A DNA stretch of 64,000 nucleotides from Armatimonadota bacterium (GTDB lineage: Bacteria > Armatimonadota > Fimbriimonadia > Fimbriimonadales > GBS-DC): assembly GCA_037444405.1 (NCBI GenBank), contig JBBIML010000010.1:64001-128000 (forward strand). The letters are read 5' to 3'. The position numbers and the translations under genes are program-made. A model generated the notes under the pieces. The model ran no database searches and was not told the origin of the DNA. It saw only the letters and a program-made list of their open reading frames with translations. This document shows, in pieces, positions 61,906 through 64,000 of this stretch; position 1 is the first letter of the stretch, and each line of letters starts with the position of its first letter.

Positions 61906-62177
61906 CCGCCCCAGCGAAAATAGCGATACATCACATAGAGCAGGTACAACCCACTCACAAACGCCAGCGTGAACACGCCGATCAGCCAGCGAGCGTTATC
62001 CGCAAAGAGCAAGCTGAACAGCAGCACAAAGTAGAGCAGGGCAGTGACGCCCATCGTGGTGAACAGCTGGCGCGAGTAAGGGTTGGGCGGGCGTACCGTG
62101 TTGTGGCACACGGGGCACTCTGTAGTTTCTGGCGCATCGGCGCCCAGTTCCGCCCCACAGTATGGACAGGCGCGCAT
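61902..62177 (-). CDS. small zinc-ribbon membrane protein
   Basis: CPYC...CPVC followed by two TM helices; AAGGAG RBS. Confidence 0.65.
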   Translation of the reverse strand: MRACPYCGAELGADAPETTECPVCHNTVRPPNPYSRQLFTTMGVTALLYFVLLFSLLFADNARWLIGVFTLAFVSGLYLLYVMYRYFRWGG

Positions 62178-62196
62178 CGAAGCCGACTCCTTCACC

Positions 62197-63048
62197 TTAT
62201 GGCCAGTCGTGGTACACCTCGGCGATTTCGCGTGTGAGCGGGCGGGCGCGCTCCTCGATGGCTCGCCGCTGCTCCTCGCTGAGCGGCTTGAACTCGCAGG
62301 CTGCCTGCACCAGCTGACGCAGTTGCTCACGGCTGCCCGGCACAATCACCGCCGTGTGAACCGGATAACTGAGCGCGTAGTTGAACGCCTCCTGCACGCT
62401 CAGGCGGTTCGCGCCGACCAGCCGCCCGATACCCATCACCTTCATCACCGCGAGACCCACCCTGTACTTCTGCGCCGCGGGCAGAAAATGGCGAATGAAC
62501 GATCGCGCATGGTGGGCTTCCGTCGGATTGAGCGGGAACAGCACCATATCGAAGGGGAACCGCTCCAGCATCTGGATCAGCACCTGTGGGTCGTTGTGCC
62601 CCGACACGCCGAGGAAGCGCACCGTCTTCTGCTGTTTCGCCTTCTCGAAGGCGCGGATCGCGCCGTTGCTGGCGAACAGCCGCTCCACATCCGTCGGGTA
62701 GGACACATGGTGGACAATCCACTGGTCGAGGCGGTCGGTGCGCAGGCGTTTGAGGCTGTTTTCGAGGTCGCGCATGGCGCCGTCGTAGTCGCGCTTGTCG
62801 CTCTTGGTGCTGAGGTAAACGCGCTCGCGCCGTCCCTGGATTGCCTCTCCGAAGATGTCCTCACTGGCGCGATAGACGGTCGCCGTGTCCAGATAGTAGA
62901 TACCCGCTTCGATGGCGTCCTGAATAATCGCGATAGCCTCTTTGCGGTTGTTGGGGTCTGCCAGCGCCCATGCGCCGCCCAGCGACAGGATGGGCATCTG
63001 CACGCCCGTCCTGCCAAAAGCCCGTTTCGGGATGGCTTTCTGGGTCAT
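62197..63048 (-). CDS. aldo/keto reductase
   Basis: R.FGRTG, DTA..Y, STK, SLKRLRTD.LD, GVSGH. Confidence 0.9.
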   Translation of the reverse strand: MTQKAIPKRAFGRTGVQMPILSLGGAWALADPNNRKEAIAIIQDAIEAGIYYLDTATVYRASEDIFGEAIQGRRERVYLSTKSDKRDYDGAMRDLENSLKRLRTDRLDQWIVHHVSYPTDVERLFASNGAIRAFEKAKQQKTVRFLGVSGHNDPQVLIQMLERFPFDMVLFPLNPTEAHHARSFIRHFLPAAQKYRVGLAVMKVMGIGRLVGANRLSVQEAFNYALSYPVHTAVIVPGSREQLRQLVQAACEFKPLSEEQRRAIEERARPLTREIAEVYHDWP

Positions 63049-64000
63049 TTCGATTCACCCTCTCGCAGCGATTTGCCATGCTCAATCTGCTTCCAGTAAG
63101 TTTCGAAGTCGAAGCCGGGGCTGTGGGCAGGCACATGGCACTGCATGCAGGATTGTGAGCCAGCCTTGCCCAGCTTATTGTTGAGCGGGTCCTGCACATG
63201 CTTGCGGGCGGGACCATGGCAGCTCTCGCAGCCGACATCTTTGAGCTGAGGCGTCTTTTCGAGGCTGACGAAGCCGCCCTCGAACTCCAGCCCAACCACA
63301 TGGCAGACGACGCATTCGGGGTCTTTGTGGTGCTTCTCGTCGATAAGGGTCTGCATCGCCTTAGCGTGTTTGCTGCGCTCCCAGATTCGGTAGTCTTCGG
63401 CGTGGCAGGGTCGGCAGGCACGGCTACCCGCGAAGGTGTCGCCGTTGAGCGTGGGTCGGCGCGGCAGCTGGGTGAGCAGCCCTTCGGCATCGACCCGCGC
63501 CAGATAGCCCAGTTTGATTTGCAGCTGGTCGGGGTCGTCTTTATAGTCTTCAGTCAGGCGGATGTGATCGATTCGGACGATTGAGGGGTTCAGATACGCC
63601 AGTCCGACGAACTTGGCGTCGTTGCCGCTGAACACGAGGCGGGTGCGTCCGATCTGTCGGGGCGGGGTTGGTCCGTCGCCGTTATGCGCATAGACGATGA
63701 GGTCGAAATAGGGGTGTCGCTCGGCAATTTGCTGGGCTTCCTGCAGGCTGCCGTGCCAGAGCAGGATGCGCAGCTCGCCCGCTGTGCTGATTTGCTCGCG
63801 CAGCTCGTTCAGCTGTTGCATGGCGGGGCGCACCTGCAGGTCGGGGTTGCGCTCGCGAATTGCGCTCGCGTATTGCTCGGAGATCAGCCCCACAATCAGA
63901 ACCTTCACTCTGCGTCCCGTGTGGGGCTTCTCCACCAGTGTGAACGCCTCGAACAGGGGTTGTCCCGCGCCATCCAGCACATTGCCGCACAGCAGCTTGC
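63045..64000 (-). CDS. tetraheme c554-like cytochrome fused to an N-terminal 5'-nucleotidase/metallophosphatase-like region (5' end outside the window)
   Basis: Four CxxCH motifs (CRPCH, CVVCH, CESCH, CMQCH); the frame is open to the window edge. Confidence 0.8.
   Translation of the reverse strand, partial: KLLCGNVLDGAGQPLFEAFTLVEKPHTGRRVKVLIVGLISEQYASAIRERNPDLQVRPAMQQLNELREQISTAGELRILLWHGSLQEAQQIAERHPYFDLIVYAHNGDGPTPPRQIGRTRLVFSGNDAKFVGLAYLNPSIVRIDHIRLTEDYKDDPDQLQIKLGYLARVDAEGLLTQLPRRPTLNGDTFAGSRACRPCHAEDYRIWERSKHAKAMQTLIDEKHHKDPECVVCHVVGLEFEGGFVSLEKTPQLKDVGCESCHGPARKHVQDPLNNKLGKAGSQSCMQCHVPAHSPGFDFETYWKQIEHGKSLREGESK

Overview
GC-rich bacterial chromosome segment, mostly housekeeping genes. 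The PEP-CTERM protein, gene content and repeat families are compatible with a thermophilic Armatimonadota-like organism, but that is inference only. It contains a probable replication origin: 11 DnaA boxes at 38588-38901, next to recF-dciA-comEC, with no dnaA or dnaN in the window. Other core content includes an unusual rpsB-tsf-atpD-atpC operon, prfA, gmk, coaX, aroE, rsmI, meaB, a Mn/Zn ABC transporter, a type IV pilin cluster and fliH-fliI-fliJ. Accessory content: two type II restriction-modification loci, an orphan terminase large subunit, several REP/palindromic repeat families, and a low-GC mosaic island (2019-5204). The island encodes a frameshifted FN3 + variable C-terminal protein followed by two diverged paralogous beta-propeller-like proteins. 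The best candidates for undescribed biology are (1) that island as a possible polymorphic effector/immunity-type cassette, (2) a stand-alone DnaA-domain-I-like protein 5.5 kb from the dnaA-less origin, and (3) the host-adapted orphan terminase. All family calls come from motif recognition by eye, not database searches.
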